Source of the DNA: Verrucomicrobiia bacterium
Lineage (GTDB): Bacteria > Verrucomicrobiota > Verrucomicrobiia > Limisphaerales > UBA1319
Length of the DNA stretch: 64,000 nt
Direction: 5' to 3'
NCBI GenBank assembly: GCA_963664225.1
Contig: OY760937.1
Location: forward strand, 2,272,001-2,336,000
The notes under the pieces were generated by a model that saw only the letters and a list, made by a program, of their open reading frames with translations, had not been told where the DNA came from and did not search any database. The translations under genes and the position numbers were made by a program. Positions 38,542 to 50,154 of this stretch are shown piece by piece. Position 1 is the stretch's first letter, and every line of letters starts with the position of its first letter.

Positions 38542-39324
38542 ATGCATAAGATCGCGTTTCAATTTGGGCCCCTGGCCATCCATTGGTATGGGGTCATGGT
38601 CGCGCTGGGTTTCCTGGCGGGATTATGGACGGCCAGCCGCCGGGCTCCGCAGGATGGGATTCATCCAGAACGAATTCTCGACTTGGGGCCCTGGCTCATT
38701 GTGGGCGCCATTGTGGGATCCCGCCTGCTGTTTGTGATTTCCTATTGGGACGAGTATTTCGCACGGCAGCCGTGGTACGAGATATTCATGATCCAACGCG
38801 GCGGTCTGGTATTTTACGGGGGATTGATTGGATCGTTTGCCGCCGGGGTGATTTTTATACGATGGAAGAAACTGCCCTTTCTCAAAGTGGCGGACGTGAT
38901 GGCCCCGAGCATCGCGCTGGGCCATGCCTTTGGCCGGATCGGCTGTCTGATGAATGGCTGCTGTTACGGCAAACCCACGCAATGCTTTCTGGCGATCCAT
39001 TTCCCCGTTGATCACGAAACGGGCGGCGCCGGGGTGCATCCGACGGAAATTTACGAGTCGGTTCTCAATGCCCTGCTTTACCTCGGTTTGGCCTGGATGT
39101 TCCGTCGCAAGAAATTCGACGGCCAGATCTTTGCGCTGTATCTCCTGATCTATTCGGTATTGCGGGCCACGGTGGAGTGTTTCCGCGGGGATTATTCCTC
39201 TTTGATCCTGGGTTGGATCACGCCCGGGCAGGTGGCCAGCGCGGTGACCTTCGCACTAGGGTTAGTCATGTGGCGCATGGCCTCGCGCAGGAAAACCAAT
39301 GCCACGATCGCCATTAAACCATAG
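38542..39324 (+). CDS. lgt: Prolipoprotein diacylglyceryl transferase
   Basis: IHWYGVM, GGLVFYGG, GRIGCLMNGCCYG and HPTEIYE. Confidence 0.95.
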   Translation: MHKIAFQFGPLAIHWYGVMVALGFLAGLWTASRRAPQDGIHPERILDLGPWLIVGAIVGSRLLFVISYWDEYFARQPWYEIFMIQRGGLVFYGGLIGSFAAGVIFIRWKKLPFLKVADVMAPSIALGHAFGRIGCLMNGCCYGKPTQCFLAIHFPVDHETGGAGVHPTEIYESVLNALLYLGLAWMFRRKKFDGQIFALYLLIYSVLRATVECFRGDYSSLILGWITPGQVASAVTFALGLVMWRMASRRKTNATIAIKP

Positions 39325-39359
39325 AGTTTTGCGGAGGTGGAAGGGATGGAAGGTTGCCC

Positions 39360-40313
39360 ATGAGCGAACGCGACGAATTTTTTCAGGTGGAGGAAACACG
39401 CACCGGTGAACGGCTGGATGTGTATCTATGCGCGCGTTATCCGATGGCCTCGCGTGGAGCCTTGCAACGGATGATCGATGAAGGCCATATCCGGGTCAAT
39501 GGCCAGCCCGCCAAATGCTCGCACCGGCCCCGTCGCGGCGAGCAGGTGGAAGTTCACTGGCCGGACGCCCGGCCAGCGGAAGCGCAGCCTGAGAACATTG
39601 CCCTGGAGATTCTGTTCGAGGACGACGACTTATTGGTTCTCAACAAGCCGTCGGGCCTGGTGGTGCATCCGGCCGCCGGCAATGAGGAGCATACCCTGGT
39701 CAATGCCCTGCTGTATCATTGCGCGGGTCATTTGAGCGGCATTGGCGGCGTGGCCAGGCCCGGCATCGTGCATCGGCTCGACAAGGACACCAGCGGCTGC
39801 CTGGTGGTCGCCAAGAATGACGAGGCTCACCATGGCCTGGCGGAACAATTCGAAAACCGCACCACTGTCAAAATTTACCATGCCGTTTTGTGCGGTGCGC
39901 TGTCCCGCGAATCCGGCGAAATTCACGGCGCCATTGCCCGACATCCCAGCCACCGCAAGCGCATGGCCGTGACCGAGGGGGAAGGCCGGGACGCCTGGAC
40001 GAGCTACAAAGTGTTGGAACGGCTTCGCTCCGCCACACTGGTCGCCGCGCAGATTCACACCGGACGCACGCATCAAATCCGGGTTCACTTTCAGCATCTG
40101 GGATTTCCACTGGCTGGTGACACGACCTACGGCGCACGCCAAAACATACGCCTGACCGAGCAAACCGGCTGTCACTTTGCGCGGCAATTACTGCATTCTT
40201 TTTCGCTGAGGTTCACACATCCGCGAACGCAGAAATCGCTTACATTCGAGGCACCGTGGCCGACCGATTTTCGGGAGGCCGTGGCCGCCTTGAAAATCGT
40301 CAGCGCAGTCTGA
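39360..40313 (+). CDS. RluA/RluD family pseudouridine synthase with S4 domain
   Basis: NKPSGLVVHP, GIVHRLDKDTSG and TGRTHQIRVH. Confidence 0.95.
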   Translation: MSERDEFFQVEETRTGERLDVYLCARYPMASRGALQRMIDEGHIRVNGQPAKCSHRPRRGEQVEVHWPDARPAEAQPENIALEILFEDDDLLVLNKPSGLVVHPAAGNEEHTLVNALLYHCAGHLSGIGGVARPGIVHRLDKDTSGCLVVAKNDEAHHGLAEQFENRTTVKIYHAVLCGALSRESGEIHGAIARHPSHRKRMAVTEGEGRDAWTSYKVLERLRSATLVAAQIHTGRTHQIRVHFQHLGFPLAGDTTYGARQNIRLTEQTGCHFARQLLHSFSLRFTHPRTQKSLTFEAPWPTDFREAVAALKIVSAV

Positions 40314-40331
40314 TGGAATACTGGCTTTGCG

Positions 40332-41564
40332 TTACGGCGCGGTTTTCTTGAGGCCAAAAGCGTAGAGCACGCCGTCCTCCGCGCCAATGACCACGCAGCC
40401 GCCAGAAACAGCGGGCGAGGCTGAAATGGGCTGGCCGATTTCGTAGGACCAAAGCTCCCGGCCATCGACCAGGGAAAGCAGATACAAACGGCCATCGTCT
40501 GAACCCGCCACCACTTTATCTCCGCAGATCACCGGCGAAACATCGACTTTACCGCGAGTCGGGAACACCCACAATTTTTCCCCGGTCTCGCGCTTCAGGC
40601 AATGGACCCGTTTGTCCCTGGAACCGACGACAATCCGATCGCGGGCGATCGCGGGGGACGAAAAGAAAGGAAACGCTTTGTCCGTGTAAATCCAGTTTGT
40701 GGCGCCTTTCTGAACATCGATGCTCAGAAACATGTTTTCATACTGGCCCACGTAGGCGCGGGAACCGTCCAACGCAGCGGAGCCCGCGATATAGCCACCG
40801 GCCTCGACTTGGCGGACCTGCTGCCCATCCGCCAGTGAGACGACGTGTAACATGGCATCACATCCACCAAACACGGCCAGCCCTTCCGCAACCGCAGGTG
40901 AACCATTGATGTAATTCGCGCTCGTGTAGCTCCAGATGCCCTTGCCGGTGGCTGAATCAACGCAGTGGAGTTTGAAATCGTAACTCCCCACAAGAATCCA
41001 CGGTGCACCGCCCTTGGGCGATTTGATCCAATTGGGCGCGCCGGGTATACGATCTCCCGTCTCGTATTTCCAAAGGAACTTGCCGACATCGGCGTCCAGG
41101 GCATAAAGGAAAGCGTCGTCCGACCCGATATACACTCGCCCGTCGAGCACGAGAGGCGAGGATTCGATCGCGCCTGCAGTTTGGTAAGACCACAATTTTT
41201 TACCGTCCGCCAGATTCAATGCATAGACGTTACTGTCCGAGCAACCCACATAGACGCGTCCGCCCACAATGGCCGCGGAGGATTTGATCGAATCGCCTCC
41301 CTTGAAAGTCCATAGCAAGTCGAGTTTGGCAGGCAGTGAACCCGCCGCCACGCCAATCAGCGATGGCGCACCCCGATACATGGGCCAGTCCGCACGGATG
41401 GTGTTGGTGTCCGAAGCGCCAACTTTGGAGTCCTGGTGCCCCAAGCCTGCGGCGTTTGTTGCGGATAAACTCGCTGGGTCCGCTTTAGCACCGATGGCCA
41501 GCAGGAGGATTAGGATTCCAGCCTGAAGGACCAGACGGATGGGATTGAACAATGCCCGATTCAT
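40332..41564 (-). CDS. PQQ-like beta-propeller repeat protein (BamB/AfsK-like)
   Basis: Repeated SSP....VYVGS.D..LYAL..dGk.lW units and a signal peptide. Start chosen at MNRALF. Confidence 0.88.
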   Translation of the reverse strand: MNRALFNPIRLVLQAGILILLLAIGAKADPASLSATNAAGLGHQDSKVGASDTNTIRADWPMYRGAPSLIGVAAGSLPAKLDLLWTFKGGDSIKSSAAIVGGRVYVGCSDSNVYALNLADGKKLWSYQTAGAIESSPLVLDGRVYIGSDDAFLYALDADVGKFLWKYETGDRIPGAPNWIKSPKGGAPWILVGSYDFKLHCVDSATGKGIWSYTSANYINGSPAVAEGLAVFGGCDAMLHVVSLADGQQVRQVEAGGYIAGSAALDGSRAYVGQYENMFLSIDVQKGATNWIYTDKAFPFFSSPAIARDRIVVGSRDKRVHCLKRETGEKLWVFPTRGKVDVSPVICGDKVVAGSDDGRLYLLSLVDGRELWSYEIGQPISASPAVSGGCVVIGAEDGVLYAFGLKKTAP

Positions 41565-41738
41565 GTTGCTGGAATGTAGTGCCTGGGACGCCAGACTTTC
41601 AAACCTCAATTTGAGAAGGTCATCCAATTCGGTTGGATTCAGGAGCGCCGGCGCAGGGGAGTTGAACCCAGCTTTGAAGTGTATCGGGTGCTGGGGCGAA
41701 ATTCCCAGCACCCAACCCGATCGCCATAATGCGAGGGC

Positions 41739-44700
41739 TTACGGCACGACGCTTACGCGGTAGAATCCCTGGTCGGCGATTTTGTTGACCAGAACCCGCT
41801 TTTGCGTGGTGGTGGCGGTGACATTGGTTTCTGTCTGCCAGGCTCCACCAAGTGCGGTGATGCTCTCAACCTTGTATTGTTTGCCAGGCACAGTTTGGAA
41901 GTACATCGCCAATTGTCCATCGCCTGCAGGAGTTTTATCCCCTTCCATCAATGCATCCAGCCGAGGCACTTGCTCGCATATAAGCGCAGATTGCGCATTG
42001 GTGGGATCCGTCCCAGCCTGCATTTCCTGAAGGTTGTTCAAACCGTCATGGTCGGCGTCATCCGCCTCCGCGCTGGCGGAAGGATATCTATCAAGCAAAC
42101 CAGACGACTTTACCCATTCCTGATAGGTGGGTGGTTGGATCCATAAAGCGGTTGGGCGCCCCGCATAGGTCGTCCCCCAACCTGTGGCGCCAGCGCGATA
42201 ATAAACCGTCACTTTGGTGGCATTATCGAATATGGTGGGAGCTTCAAGCATTGGCGCATTTCCATCAAACAATGCGACGGCCAGGTTTGTGCAGTTGGCG
42301 AATGCAAAGGATCCGATATTCGTGACGCTGTTGGGGATGGTTACATTGGCCAGTCCGGTGCATTTGTAGAATGTAAAGCGAGGAAGCCTGGTGATTCCGC
42401 TGGAAATTATGGCGTTAGTCAGGTTGGTGCATTCAGCGAACGCTGACTGCGACATATTAGTGACGCCTCCGGGAATGGTGATGCCCGCCAGGCCACCGCA
42501 TTTGTTGAAGGCAAATGCCCCGATGCTGGTAACGCTGTTTGGAATTATGAGATTCGTCAGGCCAATGCAACCAGAATACGTCCCATTCCCAATGCTCGTG
42601 ATATTGTCGGGGATTGTGACATTCCCCAGGCTCACGCAATTAGTGAACATGGCATCCGCGAGATTGGTGATGCTTGTCGGAATGTTGACACCCATGAGTC
42701 TGCTGCAACCGTTGAATGCATAAGTTCCTATGTTGGTGACGGTGTTGGGGATCGTGACATTTGTCAGGCTGCCGCATCCGGCAAACGCCTGTATTCCAAT
42801 GGTCGTTGTCCCGATGGGAATGATATATTCTCCAGTCATGCCTAGTGGACCTTGAATCATTTGTGTCAGGCTTTTGTCAAATAGCACTCCGTCCACGCTG
42901 GCGTAGAGTGTGTTCCCCTCGTCCACTGCGATTGCCATAAGGTTACGGCAACCGTTGAACGTATAGAGTCCAATATTAGTCACGCTGGCCGGAATTGTGA
43001 TGGTCGTCAGACCGGTGCAGTTAGCAAAAGCGGAATTCTGAATTGACCTGAGGCCATTTGCCATCACAACATTCGTCAGGCTGATGCAACCATTAAAAGC
43101 ACTGCCACCGATATTGGAAATGCCGAGGGGCAGAATGATCTGCGTAAGTTTTTTGCAGTTGTAGAATGCCTGTCTCCCAAGGTTGGTGACACTGTTTGGA
43201 ATCAGGATACCTGTCAGGTTGTTACAATCTTGGAATGCAGAATCACCAATGCTCGCGGTCTCGTTCGGAATAATGAGAATAGTCAAACCGATGCAACCGT
43301 AGAACGCACCGGTCCCGATGCTGTTGACGCTGTTTGGAATGGTAATCCCCGCCAGATTGGTGCAGCCCAGGAACGTATTATCACCCATGTTGGTAACGCC
43401 ATTGGGGATGACCACATTCGTTAGGCGTATGTTGTATGCGAATGCAGAATTTCCGATTTTGGTGACTTGCTTTCCCTGAATGCTGTCTGGGATGGTAATG
43501 TTCCCGTTCGATCCGGTGTATGAGTTGATTGTCACAAACGAGCCTGATATGCTGTAGGTGTAATCGGTATCAATGGGCTGCTGGTTCCATATTGCCGTTG
43601 GCCGATCTGCAAAGGTGCCGCCCCAACCTATGGTTCCAAGGCGATAATATACGGTCACATTGGTTGCATTAACAAACCAGCCATAATCAGGAGTATATGA
43701 GGGGGCATCGCCTTCGAAATACACGCTCCTCAGACTGGTGCAGGAGGCAAAAACCCCAAATCCAAGGTTCGTAACACTGTTTGGGATCGTAATGCTTGTC
43801 AGGTTGGTGCAGCTCTGAAACGCATAATTCCCGATGCCTGACACACTCATGCCATTGATGGTATTTGTCAGAATCACATTGCCGCCGGGGCCTGTGTATT
43901 TTGTAATTGTGAGAGTGCCGCCAGATATGGAGTACTCGAAATCGCCCTGAACGGGCTGATCGGCCCATAAAGCCGTCGGTTGTCCTGAAAAAGTGGTTTT
44001 CCAACCTTCCGTTCCTGAGCGGTAATACACTGTCGTTTTTGAGCTTGCATCAAATACATCATAGGGCCAGGAAAGTGTCGGAGCGTTTCCCTCGAAATAG
44101 ACACCCGCCAATTGGGTGCAATAAGAGAAGACCGATGCACCGATTAATTTTAAACTTTCAGGGATGATCACACTTTTTAAATGGGTGCAGCTTTGGAACG
44201 CGCCAAATTCAATGTTTGTGACAGTGTTGGGAATCGTGATGTTTGTAATATTACTGCAGGCACTAAACGCAGAAATCCCGATGCTCATGACGCCATTTGG
44301 AATCGTGATATTCGTGAGCCTGCTGCAGTCAGTAAAAGCAGCTTGCCCTATTCTGGTCACACTGTTTGGCAGAGTAATAGCCGAAAGGTTGGAGCATCCC
44401 TTGAAAGAACAATCGTTAATACTTTTAATTCCGTGTGGGATGTTAATGCTTTGGAGGCTGGTACAGTTGTAAAATACATATTCTCCGATTTCGGTAACCC
44501 CGCCTGGGAGGGTGACATGTGTCAGACCTGTGCAACCTCCAAACGCATTATATCCCAAGCGGGCAAGGGTACCAGGCATCTCAATATTTGTCATGACGGT
44601 ATTGCCATAGAACGCACATACTTCAATGTTGGTAACACCATTGGGAACAATGTAGTCCCCAAAGCCAGGTCCTGTATATGCGATAAGCGTTGTCTGATTC

Positions 44701-45614
44701 TTGTCAAATAACACGCCGTCAATACTGCTATACGCCTTATTGAGGGCGTCCACCATGAAGTTTGTCAGGCTATAGCAACCGGCGAAAGCCCCATTGCCAA
44801 TAACCGCAACACTTTTGGGAATCAGGACATTCGTCAGGCCGGTGCATAGTGAAAAAGCCGAACTTCCGATATTGGTGAGGCCATCTGTGAGCGTAACACT
44901 TTTGAGTCTAGTGCATTGATCAAACGCCTGATCCCCGATGCTGGTGGCACTGCCTGGGATTACGACACTGGAAAGTCCGATGCACCTGGCGAACGCCCTA
45001 AATCCTAGATTTGTAACATTGTTGGGGATGTTTATGCTGGTCAGGTTGCTGCACCACGAGAACGCCTCGCTGCCGATATATGTGACACTGTTTGGAACCG
45101 TGATGCTGGTCAGGTTTCCACATACAACGAATGCTGCATCCCCGATTTTACTGATGCCCTCGGGCAAAGTGACACTAGTCAGATTGCTGCAGCAAGCGAA
45201 TATATAATTTCCGATATTGGTGACGCTGGTGGGGATTACGATCTCTGTCAGCGACACGCAATCTCGGAACGCACCTTCATCGATGTTCCTGACACTGTTG
45301 GGGATCGTAACGCTCGTAATGTTGCTGCAACCTGAGAAAGCGTAATAACTGATATTGACAATTGGTTTGTCCAGGATGGTGTCTGGTATGGCAACATTGC
45401 CGCCGGGACCGGTGTATCGCGTGATGGTAATAAATGAGTCGTCTGTCGAAAAAGTGTAGTCACCCAACGTCTCCGCTCGGCCTATCGTCAAAAAAACTGA
45501 TAAAACCAGGAACAGTGGGATGAGGCTCCATCGTAAAACGGATGGGTGTTGGATGATTTGAAACGTTTTCAAACGTGAAATTGCCGCCAGGATAACCGTG
45601 AAAAGTCTGTTCAT
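41739..45614 (-). CDS. BspA-like leucine-rich-repeat surface protein
   Basis: Dozens of TpLRR units (IPNSVTxIGxxAFxxCxxL) in three capped modules and a C-terminal DADHDGLNNLQEMQAGTDP. Start uncertain. Confidence 0.92.
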   Translation of the reverse strand: MNRLFTVILAAISRLKTFQIIQHPSVLRWSLIPLFLVLSVFLTIGRAETLGDYTFSTDDSFITITRYTGPGGNVAIPDTILDKPIVNISYYAFSGCSNITSVTIPNSVRNIDEGAFRDCVSLTEIVIPTSVTNIGNYIFACCSNLTSVTLPEGISKIGDAAFVVCGNLTSITVPNSVTYIGSEAFSWCSNLTSINIPNNVTNLGFRAFARCIGLSSVVIPGSATSIGDQAFDQCTRLKSVTLTDGLTNIGSSAFSLCTGLTNVLIPKSVAVIGNGAFAGCYSLTNFMVDALNKAYSSIDGVLFDKNQTTLIAYTGPGFGDYIVPNGVTNIEVCAFYGNTVMTNIEMPGTLARLGYNAFGGCTGLTHVTLPGGVTEIGEYVFYNCTSLQSINIPHGIKSINDCSFKGCSNLSAITLPNSVTRIGQAAFTDCSRLTNITIPNGVMSIGISAFSACSNITNITIPNTVTNIEFGAFQSCTHLKSVIIPESLKLIGASVFSYCTQLAGVYFEGNAPTLSWPYDVFDASSKTTVYYRSGTEGWKTTFSGQPTALWADQPVQGDFEYSISGGTLTITKYTGPGGNVILTNTINGMSVSGIGNYAFQSCTNLTSITIPNSVTNLGFGVFASCTSLRSVYFEGDAPSYTPDYGWFVNATNVTVYYRLGTIGWGGTFADRPTAIWNQQPIDTDYTYSISGSFVTINSYTGSNGNITIPDSIQGKQVTKIGNSAFAYNIRLTNVVIPNGVTNMGDNTFLGCTNLAGITIPNSVNSIGTGAFYGCIGLTILIIPNETASIGDSAFQDCNNLTGILIPNSVTNLGRQAFYNCKKLTQIILPLGISNIGGSAFNGCISLTNVVMANGLRSIQNSAFANCTGLTTITIPASVTNIGLYTFNGCRNLMAIAVDEGNTLYASVDGVLFDKSLTQMIQGPLGMTGEYIIPIGTTTIGIQAFAGCGSLTNVTIPNTVTNIGTYAFNGCSRLMGVNIPTSITNLADAMFTNCVSLGNVTIPDNITSIGNGTYSGCIGLTNLIIPNSVTSIGAFAFNKCGGLAGITIPGGVTNMSQSAFAECTNLTNAIISSGITRLPRFTFYKCTGLANVTIPNSVTNIGSFAFANCTNLAVALFDGNAPMLEAPTIFDNATKVTVYYRAGATGWGTTYAGRPTALWIQPPTYQEWVKSSGLLDRYPSASAEADDADHDGLNNLQEMQAGTDPTNAQSALICEQVPRLDALMEGDKTPAGDGQLAMYFQTVPGKQYKVESITALGGAWQTETNVTATTTQKRVLVNKIADQGFYRVSVVP

Positions 45615-46271
45615 AATTACGAATTCGTTATCATTGTCATTGTTTATGCAATGAAATATTGAAGCTCCTCGGGACCCCGTTTCCCAATAACACCTCGCAC
45701 TAGCCTTTGTCCATTGCATTGGCAACCATGCCCTCCGACGGGCCCATTGAACCCTGCGGAGGGTTACCAGCAACAATCATGCCGTTTTATGCGCTCCGAT
45801 CCCCTTGGTTCCTGTGTGTTCACAGGCACACCTATCCGGTGTAAAAAGCTTGCTTTATCTGAAAAAAAACGCAAGTCACTGTAGAAGAATATGTTACCGG
45901 GTATGTGCGCCATCACAGGTCGGAACAAAAGCAATGTGTTTTCACGTTCATAATCAATGGATTGAAACATTTTATGGATGGGTACATGTGAAGTTCAAAT
46001 AATGTTGTAATACATTTATCACCAATATAATACACTCACATAAAAGTTTTTGTTAATGCGGTAAATGTCGTTTAAGGAAAGGTGTGGAAACGCGGCAGAC
46101 CCGGCGTGAATCACACTTCCGATGGAAGGGCTTGGTGAATACCGCCAAAATTCGTTTATTTGGATGCTGTTTCCTTTTTTGTGGAATTTTGCGTCACACT
46201 CACGCGCTTAATTGGGTTTAATGCAGGGCATTCGCCAGAAATGCCGCTGCGGCTGAAGAGGTTGCCGCAGT

Positions 46272-47729
46272 TCAAGTCAGCGCCGCATCCTGTAATCTCG
46301 GTTGAGGGATTTCCGGAGGCTGGATCGGAGTGGCGGGCGTGTTCAATGGGAGGCTGATGGTGAAGAGTGAGCCTTTCTGAGGTTCGCTCGAAACGGTGAC
46401 TTTCCCTCGATGGGCTTCGACCACTGCCTTGACCAGACTGAGGCCCAGACCGAGACCTTTTTGCGCGCGGCTTTTGTCCCCACGATAGAGCCGATCCCAG
46501 ATGCGGGGTTGATCTTCGGGCAAAATCCCCATGCCGTTATCGAGAACCTGAATGACGGCCTGGTCACCATCGACGCCGACTGTTACATCCACCCGACCCC
46601 CTTCCGGCGTGTATTTGATGGCGTTATCGACGAGATTGGCCAGGGCTTGCTGAATGCGGACACGGTCGGCATTCAGAGCCACGGGCGCGGAAGCATTCTG
46701 CAAAAGAGTGACTTTTTTCTCTTCGGCGACAATGGAGTAAAGTTCGAGAACATCGCCCGCCAGCGCCGTCAGGTCAAAAGTGGAGAGGTTGATCTTCATG
46801 GTGCCGGTTTCGGCTTCCGAGATGTCCATGAGGGTCTTGAGCATGGTCAGAACGCGCTCGGATTCCTCCATGGAATCCGCCAGGGCCTCGCGGCAGGCTG
46901 CGGCGTCATCGGGAGTTTGCAATGCCATTTCAGCCGTTCCACGCAAACGCGCCATGGGGGTGCGCAAGTCATGCGCCACGTTGTCGAGGGCCTCACGCAT
47001 TCCGCGTATCAATGTCTCGTTTTTTTCGAGAACGCGGTTGAACAAGGTGACCAATTCATCCAACTCGTCCCCGGTCTGCCGGGAAGGAACGCGAGCGGTC
47101 ATTCGACCGGTTTCAATGATCGAACGGGCGGTCTGGATCAACTGGCGCACGGGATGCAGCGCGCGATAAGTCAGCCATGCGCCAGCGCCAAAACCGATGA
47201 GCACCACGCCCAAGAGGACCACGCCGAAGACAAGTCGAAAGCGCGCAAGCAGGATCTGGGAGTTCTCCAGGCTTTTGCCCACTTGTATGAAACTGCCGTC
47301 GCGCATCGGCGCGGTCATGATGATCCAGCGGGAGTCCTCGCGGTCGCCGCGCACCACCAGCCAGGGCTGGTTTTGCTGGATAGCCTGGGCGGACTTCAGA
47401 TCAAAGCCCTTCCAGTCCTCGGGAATGTTCATGAACGTGGCGGTGTTTCCCCATCCAGTCACGCGGATGAAGAAGGCGTTTTTGTCGTTCACGCGGGCGG
47501 TGAGAAACCGCTGGCGCAGAAGAGGCAGGCCGCCGCTTTCGTACCAGGCGCGGTATTCCTCCACACGGGCGCGAATGACCTCTTTTTCGTTTTGCTGAAT
47601 GAGTTCCGCGAGCACCACGTAGGCGAGCAGAAACAACGCCAGGGAGGCCGCCATGAAGATCGCGGCGTACCATAGATTCAGACGCAGGCTGAAGCTGCGT
47701 CCGGCGCGTTCAACATGGCTTGAGGACAT
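46272..47729 (-). CDS. HAMP sensor histidine kinase
   Basis: Two TM helices, [17 protein letters not shown] and GLGLGL. Confidence 0.93.
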   Translation of the reverse strand: MSSSHVERAGRSFSLRLNLWYAAIFMAASLALFLLAYVVLAELIQQNEKEVIRARVEEYRAWYESGGLPLLRQRFLTARVNDKNAFFIRVTGWGNTATFMNIPEDWKGFDLKSAQAIQQNQPWLVVRGDREDSRWIIMTAPMRDGSFIQVGKSLENSQILLARFRLVFGVVLLGVVLIGFGAGAWLTYRALHPVRQLIQTARSIIETGRMTARVPSRQTGDELDELVTLFNRVLEKNETLIRGMREALDNVAHDLRTPMARLRGTAEMALQTPDDAAACREALADSMEESERVLTMLKTLMDISEAETGTMKINLSTFDLTALAGDVLELYSIVAEEKKVTLLQNASAPVALNADRVRIQQALANLVDNAIKYTPEGGRVDVTVGVDGDQAVIQVLDNGMGILPEDQPRIWDRLYRGDKSRAQKGLGLGLSLVKAVVEAHRGKVTVSSEPQKGSLFTISLPLNTPATPIQPPEIPQPRLQDAALT

Positions 47730-48393
47730 AGCCAACCCCGCGGACGGTATGAATCATTTTGTTTTCGAAATCGCGATCGATTTTATTGCGCAACCGGCAG
47801 ACCAGCACATCCACCACGTTGGTCTGGGGATCGAAGCTGTAGTCCCAGACATGTTCGAGAATAAGGGTCTTGGAAACCAAACGGCCCGCATTGCGCGCCA
47901 GGTAATCCAACAGGGCGAATTCGCGCGCCTGCAGTTCCACGGCGCGCCCGGCGCGTGTGACTTCGCGCGTGACCATGTTCAAAGTCAGGTCCCCGACGGT
48001 CAGCGTGGTGGGTTCCGTGGCATTGCTCGCGCGGCGGATCAGGGCTTGAACGCGCGCGAGCAGTTCGCTGAAGGCAAAGGGTTTGACCAGGTAATCGTCC
48101 CCGCCGGATTGAAGACCCTTGATCCGATCGTCCACGCTGGCCCGCGCGCTGAGGAAAATGACCGGGATGTTTATTTTATGTGAACGCAGTTCCTGCACCA
48201 CGCTCAGGCCGTCCTTGCCGGGCAGCATGATATCGACGACCGCTGCATCGTAAGGCGCGCCCTGGGCCATGGCCAAACCTTCCTCCCCGTCGGGGGCGTG
48301 GTCCACCGCAAAACCGTTTTCCTTGAGTCCCTTGACTACAAACGAAGCGATCTTACGGTCATCCTCTATTACAAGAAGTCGCATGTCCATCAT
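47710..48393 (-). CDS. OmpR-family response regulator, CusR/CopR-like
   Basis: [15 protein letters not shown] and [15 protein letters not shown]...IHTVRGVGY. Confidence 0.93.
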   Translation of the reverse strand: MMDMRLLVIEDDRKIASFVVKGLKENGFAVDHAPDGEEGLAMAQGAPYDAAVVDIMLPGKDGLSVVQELRSHKINIPVIFLSARASVDDRIKGLQSGGDDYLVKPFAFSELLARVQALIRRASNATEPTTLTVGDLTLNMVTREVTRAGRAVELQAREFALLDYLARNAGRLVSKTLILEHVWDYSFDPQTNVVDVLVCRLRNKIDRDFENKMIHTVRGVGYVLKPC

Positions 48394-48431
48394 GCTTCAA
48401 TCCTTTAACGTTTCCGTCAAGTCATGCCCTT

Positions 48432-48468
48432 AAAAATTGAAGCGGCGGGAAACCACACCCGCCGCTTC
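48432..48468 (-). terminator. Hairpin after degQ, probable intrinsic terminator
   Basis: GAAGCGGCGGG / CCCGCCGCTTC 11-bp stem followed on the minus strand by AATTTTT. Confidence 0.6.
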
Positions 48469-48539
48469 GTCCCGGTCACTCAACCAAGGCAGTCATTAAC
48501 CACTGACTGAAAAGTGAATATCAAATGACCGGCGTCGAT

Positions 48540-50045
48540 TTATTTCTTTTTGCTTTCATCGACCACGATGAAACGCATGCCACCCCGGCTGAAGACGCGC
48601 AGGAGGATTTGTTTGGATTTGATGTGTTTGCTGATCTCGACGGCGGTTTCCGCGTCCTTGACCGGCTGATGATTGATCTCGACCACCACATCGCCTTCGC
48701 GCAATCCGGCCTCATACGCCGGTGTGGAGGGATCCAACTCGGTGATCACCGCACCCTGAAGACGAGGAGGCAGATTAAGCTCCTGACGGATGCCCGGAGT
48801 GATATCACCGACCGTAACTCCATTCAACGCGTCGCTCTCCTCGGCATCCTGATCAGGCTTGCCGCTGCCCAGACTGGCCTGGTCCTCGCTGGGCATGGCC
48901 TTAAGAACCACGTCGAATGACTTCTCCGAACCCTGACGCAGAACCTTTACAGACACCTTCGTTCCGGGTGCCAGCTGACTGACGATGAGTTGGAGATTGC
49001 GTCTATCGGCCACGGTTTTGCCATTGAGCTCGATGATGACATCGCCAATTTTAATGCCGGCTTCGCCCGCTGCGCTCTTCTCGGTGACATCGCCCACGAG
49101 GGCGCCACCGGATTCGGGAACTTTGAATTCCCTGGCCAGAGCCGGAGTGATGTCTTGAATAGCCACACCCAAAAATCCGCGTTCGACACGGCCATTTTTG
49201 AGCAGGCTGTCCATCACGTTCTTGGCGAGATTGATGGGAACCGCGAAGCCGACGCCCTGATTGCCACCGGTACGGCTGAGGATGGCGGTGTTGATACCGA
49301 TCACGCGGCCTTCGGCGTCCACGAGAGCCCCGCCGGAGTTTCCGGGATTGATGGCCGCATCGGTCTGGATGAAGTCCTCGTAGGCTTCAATGCCCATCCC
49401 CCCCCGGCCCATGGCGCTGACAATGCCCATGGTCACGGACCGGGCCAGGCCGAAGGGGCTGCCGATGGCCAGAACCACATCGCCCACCTCCACCTGGTCG
49501 CTATTGGCCAGTGTGGCGAATGGGAGATCCTTGCCATTGATTTTCACAATGGCGATATCGGTCTTGGGATCACGCCCCACAATCTTGGCGTCCAACTCGG
49601 TCTTTTTATCCGAGAGAGTGACTTTGATTTCGTCCGCACCGTCCACCACATGGTTATTGGTGATGATATAGCCATCCTTGGTAACGATAATGCCAGATCC
49701 CAGGCTGTTCTCCTTCTGGGTGCGCGGCATGGCCTGGCCCCGTCCTTCGAATTGATCGCCGAAAAATCGGCGGAACATCGGATCCTCGAACGGACTCATA
49801 AATTGCCGCCTTGGATCGAGTTTGATGGTCTTGGTCGTGGAAATGTTGACCACGCTGGGCGCGGCCTTTTTAACCACGTTTGCATAACTGGCGGTGAAAT
49901 GGCCGGTACGGGCGATGGGTGCATCGTCGGTTTTGATGTCAGCGGAGGGCCAGTCCAGCGCGCGGCTGCTGGCCACCATGCCAAATACGACGCCAGCCAG
50001 GATTAACGCGGCGGGCGCCATGGTTTTAAGGAGTCGATTTTTCAT
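48540..50045 (-). CDS. DegP/DegQ (HtrA) serine protease with two PDZ domains
   Basis: TNNHVV, DIA and IQTDAAINPGNSGG. Confidence 0.95.
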   Translation of the reverse strand: MKNRLLKTMAPAALILAGVVFGMVASSRALDWPSADIKTDDAPIARTGHFTASYANVVKKAAPSVVNISTTKTIKLDPRRQFMSPFEDPMFRRFFGDQFEGRGQAMPRTQKENSLGSGIIVTKDGYIITNNHVVDGADEIKVTLSDKKTELDAKIVGRDPKTDIAIVKINGKDLPFATLANSDQVEVGDVVLAIGSPFGLARSVTMGIVSAMGRGGMGIEAYEDFIQTDAAINPGNSGGALVDAEGRVIGINTAILSRTGGNQGVGFAVPINLAKNVMDSLLKNGRVERGFLGVAIQDITPALAREFKVPESGGALVGDVTEKSAAGEAGIKIGDVIIELNGKTVADRRNLQLIVSQLAPGTKVSVKVLRQGSEKSFDVVLKAMPSEDQASLGSGKPDQDAEESDALNGVTVGDITPGIRQELNLPPRLQGAVITELDPSTPAYEAGLREGDVVVEINHQPVKDAETAVEISKHIKSKQILLRVFSRGGMRFIVVDESKKK

Positions 50046-50154
50046 AACGTATGTTTCTTAAATGTATCAAAGCTTTCCGGCATTCAGCCTTGCTGCCTTT
50101 GGCCGGTCACGAAATCACTATCGCACAGAACCCTTAACCCTTCCTTTCTGGAAC

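Noticed and set aside
45615..45776. Upstream start for the BspA-like gene at 45776
   Set aside because: The extension is not protein-like and pushes the signal-peptide-like segment far from the N-terminus.
26101..50006. Long antisense ORFs such as 26101-26994, 31420-32526, 46410-47675 and 48990-50006
   Set aside because: Shadow ORFs opposite well-supported genes in a GC-rich genome, with no motifs of their own.
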